DNA from: Phaeosaccion multiseriatum
Lineage: Eukaryota; Protista; Ochrophyta, other classes
Assembly: GCA_965112735.1 (NCBI GenBank)
Contig: OZ218965.1
Coordinates: forward strand, 124,001-188,000
Length of the DNA: 64,000 nt
Reading direction: 5' to 3'
The first letter of the stretch is position 1. Each line of letters opens with the position of its first letter. Below the pieces are notes generated by a model, which did not search any database, was not told where the DNA came from, and saw only the letters and a list, made by a program, of their open reading frames with translations. The position numbers and the translations under genes are program-made. Below are positions 13,301 to 26,506 of this stretch, piece after piece.

Positions 13301-15534
13301 GCACAGCAGAGTCCAACACAGGGCCCTTGTCCACCCCATTTGTGACTTGTACCACCAACTTATCAACCCCACTCACCGCCTGGCGGCGAAGGAGATTGCC
13401 GCCCCCGTGCCGAGGCGCATTCTGTCGAGAGCGAAGAAGGCGTCCTGCGCCACCGCCTCTACCACCGCCTCCCCCAGAGGCAAAGCCATCTGTGAAGCCG
13501 CCCTGGAGAAGGAGGGGGCGTGACCCTTCTGCTGCCATCTGCTCCTCTCCTCTTGCCCTTCTTCCTCCTCTTCCTCCTCTTGCTCCGCATCTTCCCCCTC
13601 CTCCTCCTCCTCCTCCTCCTCCTCCTCGTCGTCGTCGTCGTCTTCATCCTCCCAGTACCCCCCCCCCCTCTCACCCACGAGTACTCTCAGCTGGGCCTCA
13701 GGCAGAAGGCCGGACCCCCCCCTCTCTGTCCTCTCTGCCGTGTCCACCTCTTCCTCGTGGGCCATACCAACATCCACAGCTCCATCGGCTTCTGCTGCTG
13801 CTCCTGCTGCTGCTCCTGCTACTTGTCTTCGCCCTCCGGGCACCGCCATCTGTAAACCGTCACTGCGTCCTGACACCTCCTCGGTCATGACACTTCCACC
13901 CACCCCATAGTCCGCCCCGAAGGAGGCCCCTCCCTCCTCCTCCTCCTCCTCCTCCTCCTCCTCCTCCTCATCCTCCTCCTCCTCCTCCTCCCCCTCCTCC
14001 CGGAGTGTCAGGCGAAGCTCACGCGCCCACACCACGACTGACATGGCGCGGTTGAGCCCCTTCAGTGCGTCATGAGTGACTGCCCAGCCCCTCGTGGGGA
14101 GTGTCCCGGGGGGGGTCCCACCGGGGGGTGTCAGGACCCGTGCGTCGCCAACGTTGGCCATGAGGAGTGCGAGGATGACGCCGTACTGAGACTCCGTCAA
14201 GCTCACGTCCAGCCGCTCCGTCTGAGGGGTGTCAGGACACACAAGGCGGTAGAAAGGGGGGTGTCAGGACACACATGGCGGTAGAAAGGGGGGTGTCAGG
14301 ACACACAAGGCGGTAGAAAGGGGGGTGTCAGGACACACCAGGCGGTGTACGACATGTGATGTGATTCCAAAACGCCGCGCGCATGGCCATCTCCTCTCCC
14401 ATATGCCTCCACCTACTTCGACCACCACTTACAGCCCCCCCCTGTGTCCTGACACCCACCCCCTTCCCATATGCCTCCACCCACCTGCAGCACCACTTGG
14501 AGCGGCTCCATAAGTCTCTCTACCAAAGTGTCTGCCGAGCGAAAGCCCAGCGCAGAGAACGTTCCCGAGTACATGCCCATATGCCTGCCCATGTGCCGCC
14601 GATGCTCAGCCATGGCACTCGCCTCTTGAGGGGGTGGGGCAGGCATATGGGCAGGTATATGGGCAGGTATATTGGCAGGGGGGGGGGATAGGCCGAAGAC
14701 CTGGGGGTGGCCGAGTGCGAACCAAATGTAAAGATCCACATCTCGCGCCATGACGCCTGGGCAGATGGCAGTGGACGGGGGGCGGGGTGGGCGGTGAGAG
14801 AGAGTGGGGGTGATGCTTTTGCTTGTGAGGGAAGACAAGACAGAGACCGAGGAAGCGAGGAAGACGAGAGCATCACAGCAGACGGCAAAGAGAGGGCAGA
14901 GAATAGACACACCCCGTACTTGCATGCCCATATGACAGTCGTACTCTCCTGACACCCCGTACTTGCATGCCCATATGACAGTCGTACTCTCCTGATACCC
15001 CGTACTTGCATGCCCATATGACATTCGTACTCTCCTCATACCCCATACTTGCATGCCCATATGACAGTAGTACTCTCCTGACCACACGCAACACGCACTC
15101 ACACACACACGCACACACACACGATCACACGAACACACGCACACACACGCACACACGCACACACAAACACACAAACACACGCACACACGCACGCACCTGC
15201 ACTGCGCCACGAAGAGAGCACCGCAGAAGACACGCGAATCTCGAAGCGGTCGGGAGGAAGGGCTCGGTCCTGACACCCATCCTGACCCTCACCCTTACCT
15301 TCACCCTCACCCTCACCCCCACCCTCACCCTCACCCTTGCCCTGGCCCTGATCCTGATCCTGATCCCGAGTGGTTGCCCTTCCGTTGTCCTGACACCCCT
15401 GACACCCTGCCTGTGTGTGGATGACCTCCGCCTCCAAGGTCGCTAAGCGGCGCTGCACACGTGTCAGTGAGGCCAAAATGCCCGTATGCCTCTTCTGCGC
15501 CTCCCGTAGGCCCTCGTCCTCCTCCTCCTCCTCG

Positions 15535-15566
<32 letters not shown>

Positions 15567-18500
15567 CTCCTCTTCCTCCTCCTCCTCCAGGTCCAGTCCT
15601 GACACCGCCCTGATTCCTGCGTCCCGATACTGACACACCTCCTCTCTCGCGTCCTCCTCCTCTCCTCGCAGTCTCTCCAGCCGCGCCGCACACTCCCTCC
15701 GCTCCCCCTCCAGTAGGGGCAGCACATGGATGGGCAGGTTGGAGGGGTCTCGGAAGGGAAGGAGGTCTCTGTCCGAGGAGGTCATCTCATGCTCGAACAG
15801 CCCGCTGAGGAGGAAGGCACTCAATGGCCCCTCCTCCTCCCCCGCCGCCGCAGTCTCTTCCTCCTCGCCCCCACCGCCACTACTACTGCTACTATTCCTA
15901 CTACTGCTGGCACTACTGCTGCTGCTGCTGCTGCTGCTGCTACCCGTATGACTGTGACTACCGCTGGCCGACGGGATGGCAGTGGATGGAGGGGGAGGAG
16001 GCACTTCCCAGAGGCGCTCCAAAGTAAGCCTGGGCACCTCGAGCTTCAGCGCGTCGTCGCCAACCCTGCAGCTGAGCAGGTGCAGCTCCGAGTTGAGCAC
16101 CAACAGCTCCACTCGAGGGGGGGTGGGCCAGGGGACCTCTCCCGTGGCCATGATCAGGCACCGCTCACCTCCGTCTTGTGCCATACCGCCTCTGACGCGG
16201 TTCCATGGCCTCGGTCCATCCCATGGCACCCTGTGCTGCGGAGCACCTTGGTACCAGCCTCTGCAGACCGTTGAAGCAGCGGTCGATGATGCATCTGCTG
16301 CCGAGGCAGAGGAGCAAGAGGCGGTGGAGGGAGGGGCAGAGCAAGCTGCCCACAGTTGGCCGGCTACGGTGCCGCACAGCACGTCTCTGTCCTGACACCC
16401 CCCACCCACCGGCAGCAGCGCCTTGGTCAGCCCCTCTCTGATCAACGACACGTGGTCCATCAGGAAGCGCTGCAGGAAGTGCACACGCGCGTCATGAATC
16501 CTGACACTCACCACTGCTCTCTTTGTAACGGCTGTAACGGCTGTAACGGCTCTCTGCTCGTAGTCATCTTCCTCATCCTCACACCCCTGACCCGTGGCTG
16601 CGGCAGCTGATCCTGACACTGCTGATCCTGCCGCTCCTTCTGCTCCTGCTGCTGCTGAAGAGGACTGGGACCGAGACCCCCTCCCCGGGGTGGGGGGCGG
16701 GGTGACTGCGAAATCAATATCGACCCCCCCTACATCCGGGTCCTTGGCGGAAGCGAGCAAGCACCGTAGGCCCTCGCTCACGGCCCCCGTTGCGTCCGCC
16801 CACCTCACGCCCCTCAGCGATCCGACGGCAGAGACGGCAGCAGGCGTTACAGAACCGTTGCCGCCCCACGCGGTGTGCCTCCTCTCTAGCGACGCGTCGA
16901 GCCCCCCCGTGCATACGACCTCCGACAGCTCCTCCCGAGGGCCCAGGACAGGCGTCAGAACGAAGCGGAGCTTAACTGTCTCCATGCTGACCGACACCGC
17001 CAGCGCCAGAGGGTCTGGCTGGAGCACCAGCTGCTGCATCACAACTGGCTTCCCTGCCACTGTAGCCACTGCTCCGCCACGCCCATCCCCTCCCTGGGGC
17101 CTCCCCTCCCCTTCTTGCTTGGGGCAGGGGCAGCAGCCGTTGGTGATATAGCACGCCTTCCTCGCCAGGCTGCTCGCCGCCCCCCACGCACTGGCCAGGT
17201 GCGCGAGACGGCCGAGCAGCAGAGGGTCGAGCGTCGCACAGAGGGGGGTGGACACACGCACTGCGCAGCTCCGGCACATCACACCGAGGCCGAGGCGGGG
17301 TGTCTTGTTGGTGCTCCGCTGGGGGTCGGAGGCGGAGCCGTCGTCGTCGCCAGCTGCAGTGGGAAGGAGGTGCAGGGGCTTCACCCGGCACTCGTAGGAG
17401 ATTGAAAAGGCAGGTTGTCCGTCTGCTTCGTCTTCGTCCTCCATCCACTGCCATCCTCCCGCTTCCTCCTCCTCCTGCCCCTCCTGCCCCTCCTCCGCCT
17501 CCTCCTCGTCGTCGTCGTCCGTCTCCTGCTGCCGTACCACCAACTGTTGTACCTCATGCTGCCCCAGCTCCAGCAAGGACACCGGCGCATCCTGCTCCTC
17601 CGTCCCCGCCCCCACAAAGACCCCGCCCAGCTTGATCGACGCGCGATGGTCCCACGCACAGCTCAGACCGCTGCCGACCGCCGGCTTTTCCCCCTCCAGC
17701 GACAGACGCAGCGAGTGAAGGCGCACGCTCGCAATCAGTCTGCAGTCGTCGACATCCCCTACTTCTCCTTGCCCTTCTCCTTGCTCTTCTCCTTGCCCTT
17801 CTCCTTGCCCTTCTCCTTGCCCTCGCTCCCCGGGGGGGTGCAGCGCCCCCCAGGGGCTGCTCGCCTGCATCACCTCCTTGCCGGGCCCGACCTTGGCCGC
17901 CTTCGGACAGGGGCGCACGCACACACGCAGTCCCTGCAGGCCGACCTGCACGCAGACGCGATCCCAACAGGGGGCGTCTCTCCGCATCACCACCACGCGA
18001 GGCGGAGTCCCTCCCCTCTTCGTAAGTTTATCACCACCACCCGAGGATGAGGACGAGGACGAGGAGGATGGGGAGGATGAGGAGGATGGGGAGGATGAGG
18101 AGGACAAAGCCCCCACCGCCCAAGCGGCCTCCACCACCGCCGAGGCGTCGCCATCTGCACACATGACAGGGAGTGACAAGGAGAGGCGCCTGTGCCGGGC
18201 CGTGCCGCTTGAAGGTCGAGTCTGCTCCTCCGCCTCTGCCCGCAGGGGGCCGCCCGAGTGAACGAACAATAGAGACTCCAGGGTACCGTCGAAGTGGAGG
18301 AAGTGGGCACACACGCCTTCGACCGTCGCAGACACTGCCCTTTTGCTGCTCCTGCTGCTAGGGAGAGGGGGGGGCGGGGAGGGGGGAGGGGAGGAGGAGG
18401 AGGAGGAGGACGAAGAGGACGAGGCATCTACGGACACGCCCAGCACACTCAGTCGCAGGCTCTTCCGTTTGCTGATGGCCTCGCTGCTGCCCCGAATGGG

Positions 18501-20690
18501 CAGGCAGATTGCCATCTCGCCAATTCTTAGTAGGCCCTTCACCCCTGCCCCACTGCTCCACAGGCCCGCAGAGGAAGCGGATTGCCCATGAGCCTGCCGC
18601 CGCCGAGCAGGTTTATAGGCAGAGGCGGGTAGAGGCATATGGGGAGGAGCCAGGCCCCGCACCACTCTCTCGAACAGCCCCGGACTGGCGACGGCTCGCA
18701 CCCCGCCCACCTCGATCGTGACTCGCGCGGGCTGCATCACCAACTGCTGCATCACCAGCTGCTGGGGCTGTATCACCAACTGCCGCTGTTGCACGTCCAC
18801 GGCGAGGAACTCAGTAAATTCGCGCCCTCCCTTTGTGTCCCGCCCCTCCGCCCCCGTACCACCAACCCCTGTAGCACCCAACATGCCGAAAGCTGTGGTG
18901 CCAAGCAGCACAGCCTGCTCCCAGTTGCCGTTGATGAGGCGAGAGTGCTCCCACCCTGATAGGGACCCCACGCCAAGGCGCAGCTCCCTCCGAAGCTCCG
19001 AACCAACTGCCGCCGCTGTAGCACCAACTGCTGCAGGTGAAGCCTCCCCTCGCTCGTGGCGCTGGCAGGCTGAGCAGCGCAGGCCCTGGAGCGTGAAAGC
19101 GGCGTCCTTCCCTCTGTCCTTCGCGAAGGGCCCTCGCAGGGTCACCCCCACCACGCGCACATCCAAACGCGCTGTGTGCCATCTCCCCCCCATCCCCTGC
19201 CCTCCTCCTCCTTTGCTCTGCGCCCCTCCTTGCTCCTTCTCCCCATCCTCCTCCTCCTCCTCCTCCTCCTCCTTCCCATCCTCCTCCTCCTCCTCCTCCT
19301 CCTCCTCCTCCTCCTCCTCCTCCTGCTCCTCCTGCTCCTCGCACGCGTCGAACCACACCTCGCCATCCTCCAGCAGCAGACCCTGCGGAGTAGTGCCGCC
19401 GCCCCGTCCACTGCCATCCCCCAGGAGCCTCCATAGCATCTGCACAGACGCCGGGAGAGCATTCAGCATCACAAAGCTCTCCTCGCCCTCCTCCTCGCCT
19501 TCTGCCGCCATCTGTCTACTGCCTGTATCACCACCCCCTCCTGTACCAGAGGCAGCGATTCGGACGTGCAGTGCGACCTCCCCCCCTCCCCCGCATTGAC
19601 TGCCATCCCCCCCCGCCGTTACAGGTAGAGAAACACGCACGTCCGCATCCGTCCTGCACAGCAGAGGAGGGTGGAAAGCGACACCTGGTGTCAGGACGGC
19701 GCTCCTCCCCCTCCTGCCCATATGGCTGCTGCTGCTGCTGCTGGTGGTGGTGGGACTCACGGGGGAGGCGAGCTGGAGCTGGACGCCTCGCAGCTGCACC
19801 GGTACAGCCAGCGCCGTCCTTGCCCTTGTGGCCTCTCCTCCTCCTCCTGCTGCTGGTACTGCTTCTGCTGCTGCGGCTGCTGCTGGTACTGCTTCTGCTG
19901 CTGCTGCTGCTCCTCCTGCTGCGAAGCTCTCCAAGCAGGGTTGACAAGAGAGCGAGTCGGCAGTAAGAGCCGCGATCCCCCCACCCCCCTGTGGAGAAGA
20001 GGACGAGGATGTGAAGGACACCGACACGCTCCGGATGATGACGTGTACCCGCCCCAGCAAAAGCTTCTGCAGACCGGCCATCACCACGGAACGCCGCTTT
20101 CCAGAGGGAGCACCCCCTTGCCCCCCCGTTGACCCCCTGGATCCATTCTCCGCCGTTCCTCCTTCCTCATGAGCTGGGGAGGTGAGGCGTGGCTGTACAA
20201 GCTCCCCTCCCCCCCACAGCACGAGGTCTACGCCTTCCACCTCAACGACGATGACCGGGCTGCGCATGAGGCTGCGCAAGGCCAGTCGCACTGAGACCTT
20301 CGCTATCTGCGCCGTGTCCACGCTCACTGCCGCGAGGCCCAGCCACCTACCCACCACGCTGCCACGGAGCGCGAGGTGGGAGATGCTGAGGCTGCACCAG
20401 CCCACTGAAGCGTCCACGACACCACCTCGACAGTCTTCATCAGAGCCTGGACCACTTCTCGCGTGCACAGCAGCATCGTCGCCGAAGAAGCTGCCTTGCT
20501 GTGCTGCGGCTGCTGGTCCAGCACAGGACCCTGTTGAAGAAGACGGCGCTGTGGCTCCTCCTCCCCTCCCCCGACCGAGCATCCACCAGAGGCGCTCCAC
20601 ACGAGAGGGTGGAGGCTTGCTAGGTAGGTCCAGGACATCCCACACGGGCTCAGGAAGAAGCAGGGCCAGCACATAGTTTAAGAAGAGCAT
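1..20690 (-). CDS. VPS13: VPS13-family bridge-like lipid transfer protein, multi-exon, 3' end beyond window start
   Basis: Chorein-N-like start (SLSISHLALR...AQIAKVSVRLALRSLMRSPVIVVEVEGVDLVL), WEPLLE motif, and VAB/SHR-BD repeat motifs (PYLLRNRCG, YCKLWVVNRTEMTLHYR, WSEPFDV, LGLHVERGKGAFSRSTVLTFVPRYVLVN, WSGSFKPDNLGEVPLKLR, PPYRVDNLTSHRIRYRQ, YTWDEP). PH-like segment at ~1110-1330. Exon 1 is 20690-15197 (5.5 kb). Junctions checked at 15197 and across intron 6521-3489 keep frame; not every junction was checked. Confidence 0.85.
3527..6415. repeat. 2.9-kb intronic hexamer-based satellite (ACAGAG and variants)
   Basis: Continuous ACAGAG/AGAGAG/TCAGAC/ACATAC/ACAAAG/GCAGAG/ACAGTG/ATAGAG modules inside VPS13 intron 3489-6521. 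Confidence 0.97.
8281..8690. repeat. ~34-bp intronic minisatellite (gggatggcagtggacaggcaatggacagggcaaag-like), about 11-12 copies
   Basis: Tandem units directly visible in a VPS13 intron. Confidence 0.92.
14226..14340. repeat. ~33-bp tandem repeat (gggggtgtcaggacacacaaggcggtagaaag-like)
   Basis: About 3.5 tandem copies in a VPS13 intron. Confidence 0.88.
14910..15082. repeat. ~43-bp tandem repeat (accccgtacttgcatgcccatatgacagtcgtactctcctgac)
   Basis: Four tandem copies in VPS13 intron 1. Confidence 0.9.
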
Positions 20691-21469
20691 AGATCTCCCC
20701 TCGGAATACTCTCTGTCCTACTCTCGAGAAGGAAGAAATATTCCCAATATCTTTCTCTCCCTCTCTGTCTCTCTCTTTGACGTGCCTACCCTTGGCATCG
20801 TCCGCTACTCTGCCGCTTCCCCTGTTCCCCCACTGCACCCCGCAGTCTTCTGCTGATCATCTCTCTTGATCAAAAGAAGAGGATTTCTCGGATTCGCCAG
20901 CATTTGTCATCTGTAATCATACTGTATGTGTAATGCCCTTACTTTCCCCGACGGCGGAATCCTTTCCTTTTTTTCAAGGCTTTTCACAATTTTATTCTTG
21001 TCTGACCTTGACCTGACCCAGAAGAGCGAGGGGAGCCTGAATCACTTCTTGAATAGTGGTATGAGGAGTGTCTATTACCACAAAGGCACGAAAAGGCGGG
21101 GGGGCTCACCATAATGTAGTCGTCGTTGTCGAACTGCTCATGAAGTTTTCTGTTTGTCTCTGTTGTCCCCTCTCTCCCTCCCTCCCCCCCTCCCTCCCTC
21201 CCTCCCTCCCTCCCTCCCTCTCTTTATCTCTGTCCCTCTATCTCTGTCTCTCTATCTCTGTCTCCGTCTCTGTGCAAGTGTTCCGCCTCTTTCCTGGCCG
21301 TGCCTCGCGATGTGCTTTCCATGCTGTTCACGCTGCTGGTTTTGCTCTTCCTTCCGTCCTGTACCACCACAGCGATGAACTGGACTAGCTAAGGAGCGGA
21401 AGCGACAAGTTGCTTGTTGAACACAGTTCGCCTTCTTAAGGAGCCGGTGGGCTGCCCCCCTCGAGCATA

Positions 21470-22072
21470 ATGGGTGCGGTACTAAAAGAGTACTTCAAGT
21501 GGCTTTCCATCCTTATCATAGATACGTTCTGTCCGTCCTTCGCGAACACCAGACGTAAAAGGAGTGCTGCGCTTCTCATTATGCTGGGAACCCTTGTCAT
21601 AGTTGCGGTCCTGACCTACACTTTCCACGTTGGTCGATGTGAGACTCGGTTTGGAGTTCTCCCAAATTGCTCTGCTCTAAGCGACGAGACAGCTGAACAA
21701 AACTGCTACGCGTCCGGCGTGCCCGGGCCTCTGGCGCGCTTGGTGGACGAGAAGGGGATCAACGTAAAGAATGTGCAACGCATTGCGATCCGGTCCAGCG
21801 GGACATTTGAACAGTTGGGCGAGAGCTATTGGGTACCGGACTCCCTTTCCTGCGGCACCACTTGCAACGGCGGGGACTGCAACCTGTCTACGTGCTCAGG
21901 AACCTACCTTCTCACGGTCGAGTATGAACGGTGTCTCCCCTTGCTTGAATCACTTGGCCTAGCAGCGGGTTACATGAGCATCATCACCTTTTCTTTGAGT
22001 ATACTGTTCTCACCCTATGTGCTTTGTGGAACCGGCGGGGGGCTAGATACAATAAGTCAAGAAGAAACATGA
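21470..22072 (+). CDS. Hypothetical two-transmembrane protein with Cys-rich loop (200 aa, intronless)
   Basis: ATG-started, non-repetitive ORF. Hydrophobic segments AALLIMLGTLVIVAVLTYTF and LGLAAGYMSIITFSLSILFSPYVL flank a loop with 8 Cys. Confidence 0.7.
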   Translation: MGAVLKEYFKWLSILIIDTFCPSFANTRRKRSAALLIMLGTLVIVAVLTYTFHVGRCETRFGVLPNCSALSDETAEQNCYASGVPGPLARLVDEKGINVKNVQRIAIRSSGTFEQLGESYWVPDSLSCGTTCNGGDCNLSTCSGTYLLTVEYERCLPLLESLGLAAGYMSIITFSLSILFSPYVLCGTGGGLDTISQEET

Positions 22073-22528
22073 CGGAGTCGGTAGAGGGCTGCGGGGCAGG
22101 CATATGGGCAAAGACAGAGGTAGAAGCAGGACGCCGCCCCCTGCTCGTGCTCGTATGAGAGGCTCGCAGCGCATAAAGTGGGGCGCCAGCGCGGTATATC
22201 CGACGACGAGTGATACAAGTCAGTACTATGTCAGTGGCCCAGGCCCAGGCGGATAGAAGGAGAGTGGCGCTGCTCTCCACGGTGAGGGATTGACTACAAT
22301 GGGCATTTCGTTCATTTGGTTTGAAAAGATTACAGAGAGATGAGTGAGGGCATCGAGGCTAATAGAGTAATAGAGGAAACGCTGAGACAGCGGCTTTATT
22401 TCAAGGCAGTGGTGACTCCATCAAACAAGTGAGGGGGTCGAGAGGCGACGCCGGAGCAGTCTACTGGCGCATGTCTTCTCGGTTGCTCCAGAGTGGAGGG
22501 GGCAAGGCCCAGCATGGAGCGGCTACCC

Positions 22529-24670
22529 TCACCGCCCCCTTCGATGCCTCCCTTGCCCCTGCCCCTGCCCATACGCCTGCCCCTGCCCATATGCCTGCCC
22601 CTGCCCATATGCCTGCCCCTGCCGCCTGTGGTGGGGCGAGTAGGAAGGCCGAATAGCTGCAGCCAGTGGAGACTCCAAAGGAGAGCGTGTCCGGGTTGGG
22701 GTGGGGCCTCTGGTCACAGGCCGTGCAGCAGGCTCCCTACAGCTGCCGCTGTCGCCGCTGCGAACATCACTTGCCAAACTTGTCGTCGTAGCTGCCACAC
22801 TCCCTGCTGAGCGGGACACAAAACAGTTACACAACACAGTCACACAAGACAACGGCACCATCCGCGGAAAGGAGAGGAGGAGCAAAAGAGAGGAGAGGAG
22901 GAGGACGAGTGAGCGGTAGAGGCGGACACGTGCGAAACGCCCCCCCTCCTCGACCCTCACCTGCTGCGGCGGAACGTCGGCCCCCTTGGGAGAGCCCCCC
23001 CTGGGACCACCCCCTCGCTGAACCCGTCGCTGGCCTTGTGGCCTCGGCCTGCGAGTGCGGCGAATAGGAAGTGGACGACACCCAGCCGATGTCAGCACCC
23101 GCAAATAGGCTGCCGCGATACCGCCCTGGCGCACCCCCACTGCCTCGCCGGCCACTCGAAAAGGCGTGGGCTCTGCTGGCCACAGCTGACACTGGAGCGG
23201 CCCTGGAGAGCTCTGTCAGTAAGTCAGCAACCCGAGGAGCAGTGGTCACAGCGCTCCTCCCTCGCCCTGCCACCCCCGCCCCTGCTGCCTCTGTGTGTCT
23301 CTCTACTGCTCTTGTCGCATGCCGCGGCGGAGTCCTTGGTGGAGCTCGAGTGTCACCTCGCCGCCGCGCTGCTGCAGCCCCTTCCCCTTGCCGTTGCCCT
23401 TCCCCGCTCCCACGCCTCGTGAGCCTCTCTCTGAGGTCCACATGTGCTCCACCCCCCATCCTCGCCCGCTGCTGCTGCCCCTGTCTGCCATGCCTGGACC
23501 CTCCAGAGCTGCTGGGGCGGCCTCTAGCGCGGACTGCAGAGGCACGGGAACAAGCAGCCCTCTCCTCCTGCTGCTCCTTCAGTGCTGCCTTCTCACGGTC
23601 TCTCCAGGCCCTCCCCGCCTCCCCCAGAGCCTTGAGCGTGAGGCTTTCGTCGTCACTACTGTCGTCCTCACTTTCATCATCCCGACTCCCTCCCTCTTCC
23701 TCGCCTTGCCTCATCAGCAGTGTGCCCCGGGGCATATCCACTCTCCGCTTCCGAGCTGGTGGCGGCCTGAACAGCCTCCTTTCGTCCTCATCGTCGCTCG
23801 TCAGATCCACGACCTCCGGCTCCTGTAACTGCTGGTGTTCGAAGGGCCGGGCATCCTCTTCCTCTTCGTCTTGTTCGTCTCCGTCTCCGTCTCCATGAGC
23901 AGCGAAGCGCAGAGGAAGGGCCACCCGTGTTCCCTCTCTCTGCAAAGGACCCTGTGGAGCGGTTGGGACAGTAGTCAATAAGTCAATGAGTCAACAAGCA
24001 TGGGGAGTGACTGTAACTGCGCAGGCTATATACTCGGTACCATGCATAGATCCTCCCGGCCCCCGCCCAAAGCGAGGCATATCTGTTCCCCTCATACAGC
24101 AGACTTCCTTTCTTCTTGCTTCTTTCTCTTCTTATTCACTGCCCCTCTCAAGCGCCTCAATCACTGCCCCTCTCCCTCTCCCATATGCCTCCATCACTGC
24201 CCCTCTCCCTCCTCCATATGCCTTCATCACTGCCCCTCTTCCTCCCCCATATGCCTCCATCACTGCCCCTCTTCCTCCCCCATATGCCTCCATCACTGCC
24301 CCTCTCCCTCCTCCATATGCCTTCATAGAGAGCCTCACACTCACACTCACGTTGCGGCCATGGCCCCCCGGGAACACATGCCTCGGGAAGGACGAGGCGG
24401 CTGCAGAAGAGAGCACTCTCCCCCAGGGCATCGTCCGTAAGCCCTGCAGCCCCCCGCCCTCTCCCCCTCCTCCTCCTCCTCCTCCTCCTCCTCCTCCTCC
24501 TCCTCCCTCATGCTCAGCCCAAGGCCGCCGCCGCCGCCGCCGCCGCCAAGAAGCCCCGTCGCTGGGCACGTCCCCTCCTGCTCTACTCCAAGTCGAAGAA
24601 GAGGAGGAGCTTGTGATGGCCCCCGCGTGCCGCTGCCCACGCACTGCTGAGCGAGAGGAGCCGGTGCTAC

Positions 24671-24702
<32 letters not shown>

Positions 24703-25802
24703 GTGGTGGCGGTGTTGACCCCGCCATTACGACGGTCTCTACGGCTCCCGGGGCTCGGACGGATTCGGGTGCGAAGGACTTCCCGCTCTGCATCAGTCAC
24801 CTCCACTGCCGTGCCCAGGACGCCGCTGGGGGGGGGGGGGGGGCACGATCATCAAGCGGTACGTAAGGGTACGTAAGGATCACATAGTGAGTCACATAGT
24901 GAGGGAGGGAAGGGTGGACAGGGAGGCAAGAGAGGCACAGCAGCACAGCAGCACAGCTCTCCGCACCTCGCATCAAGCCGCTCACTCATGGCGAGCACGC
25001 GGTGGAGTGCCTGGCAATCGGGGCAGAACCAGTCGCAGTCGTCGGGCGGGGGGTCCTGCTCTGACAGCCCCACGCAGGCGAAGTGGAATTGCCCGTGGCA
25101 GTTGTCGCCGTCGCAGAGCAGCAGCAGGCTCCCGGGCTCGCCAGACTCTCCACACTGGTGGCAGGTGTTGTCTTCCTCGTCTCCCTCCCCCTAACGAGAT
25201 GGATGGGCCGAGTGGAGGGGGGAAGGGAGGAGGTGTCAGCACGCCACACCCTCCAGTCAATGCCAGTGCAAAGAGGTGACAGACTCCAATTACTCGACGC
25301 ACTCACCTCTTCCTCCTCGTCCTCGTGGTCAGAGAACAAGTCCTCCTCGTGACCAGCGCTGCTCTGCTTCTTATCCTCGAAGCGGCGAGTCTGACCATCG
25401 CTGGGCCGCACCACGAGACTGAAAGGAGCTTTGCACAGCGGGCAGGAGTTCTCGTGTTGGCCTGAGAGAGAGGGAGGGAGGGGGTGGCGCCGCCATCGAT
25501 CATCGGAAGGAGGGCATGAGTCAGAGGCGGTGCTGTGATATAGGAGGCCTTTCTCTCCCCCCCGTCTTACCCCATTTCGTGATGCAGTCCATGTGATAAT
25601 GGTGAGAGCAGCCTTTCTCGAGAAGCCGAGTCTCGTCGTCGAAGGCCAGGTCCTCGAAGCATATCCCGCAGCGACTCACTCCCTCTGTCTTCCGCTCCTC
25701 CCCATCCCCCACCTCTACAACTCTCGCCCGCCCTCTTCCGCGGCTCTCTCCCTCGTCTCCCTCTTCGCCCCTCTTCCGCTTCCGCTGCTCCATGACCTCC
25801 AT
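22529..25802 (-). CDS. RING-H2 + PHD finger protein (PHRF1-like architecture), multi-exon
   Basis: Spliced RING-H2 CGICFEDL...CSHHYHMDCITKW|GQHENSCPLCK and PHD CHQCGE...LLLCDGDNCHGQFHFACVGL...WFCPDC, then a low-complexity tail ending at TGA 22529-22531. Start ATG may be 25802 or 25793. Confidence 0.85.
24163..24325. repeat. 39-bp intronic tandem repeat containing CCATATGCC
   Basis: About 4 copies of actgcccctctccctcctccatatgcctccatc-like units. Confidence 0.85.
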
Positions 25803-26506
25803 TTGTACCCCCACACGTCGTTCAGCTGCGTCAAGCAGCAGCTGCGTGGTCTCCTCCTCCCTCTCCCCCTCCCCTCCCCACCTCCTCCGCGGTCACGTTC
25901 AGGTCGTTCAGCTGCGTCAAGCAGCGCGTGTGGCTTGCGTTCTCTCCCTCCCAGCCTCCTCCGCCAACCCCAAGCCCCTTCGTATTTTTATCTCTGTCTT
26001 TCTTTGTCTCTTTCTCCGTCTCTCTGCTTCTCTCTTTAGTGATGTGTCGCAGCAATACAAGAGATCTGAGAACAAATACAAATACTGTCCCAGTCTCACG
26101 AAAAAGACACCAGCAAGGGCATCTTTATTGGCGGGTCATTGGGGATCCATTGGGCAAGGCAAACACAAATAACGAGGAGCAACCGTCGGCTGCCATCGCA
26201 CCAACGCTTTTTGCCCCTTCCTTACATTGAGCGTGGTTGACGGGCAGAAGGTGAGGGGCTTAGATACAGGTGACTGGGATGAATGACCCTTCCAAGGGAG
26301 CCAAGTGGAGTACATGCGTCGCGGTATGCTTTTCGTTCTTCTTCTTTCCCCTCCTCTCTCCCCATCTTGTTCTCCGCCCTTCTCCCCCCCTTCCCCCCCC
26401 CTGCTTCCCCTAACTAAGGCCTTCTCCCACTCAAGTGCACCTTCCATACCGTCCCTCTCTCCGCCCAGGAAGCAGCAGCAGAGCACCGGATCGAGGGGCA
26501 GGCAGG

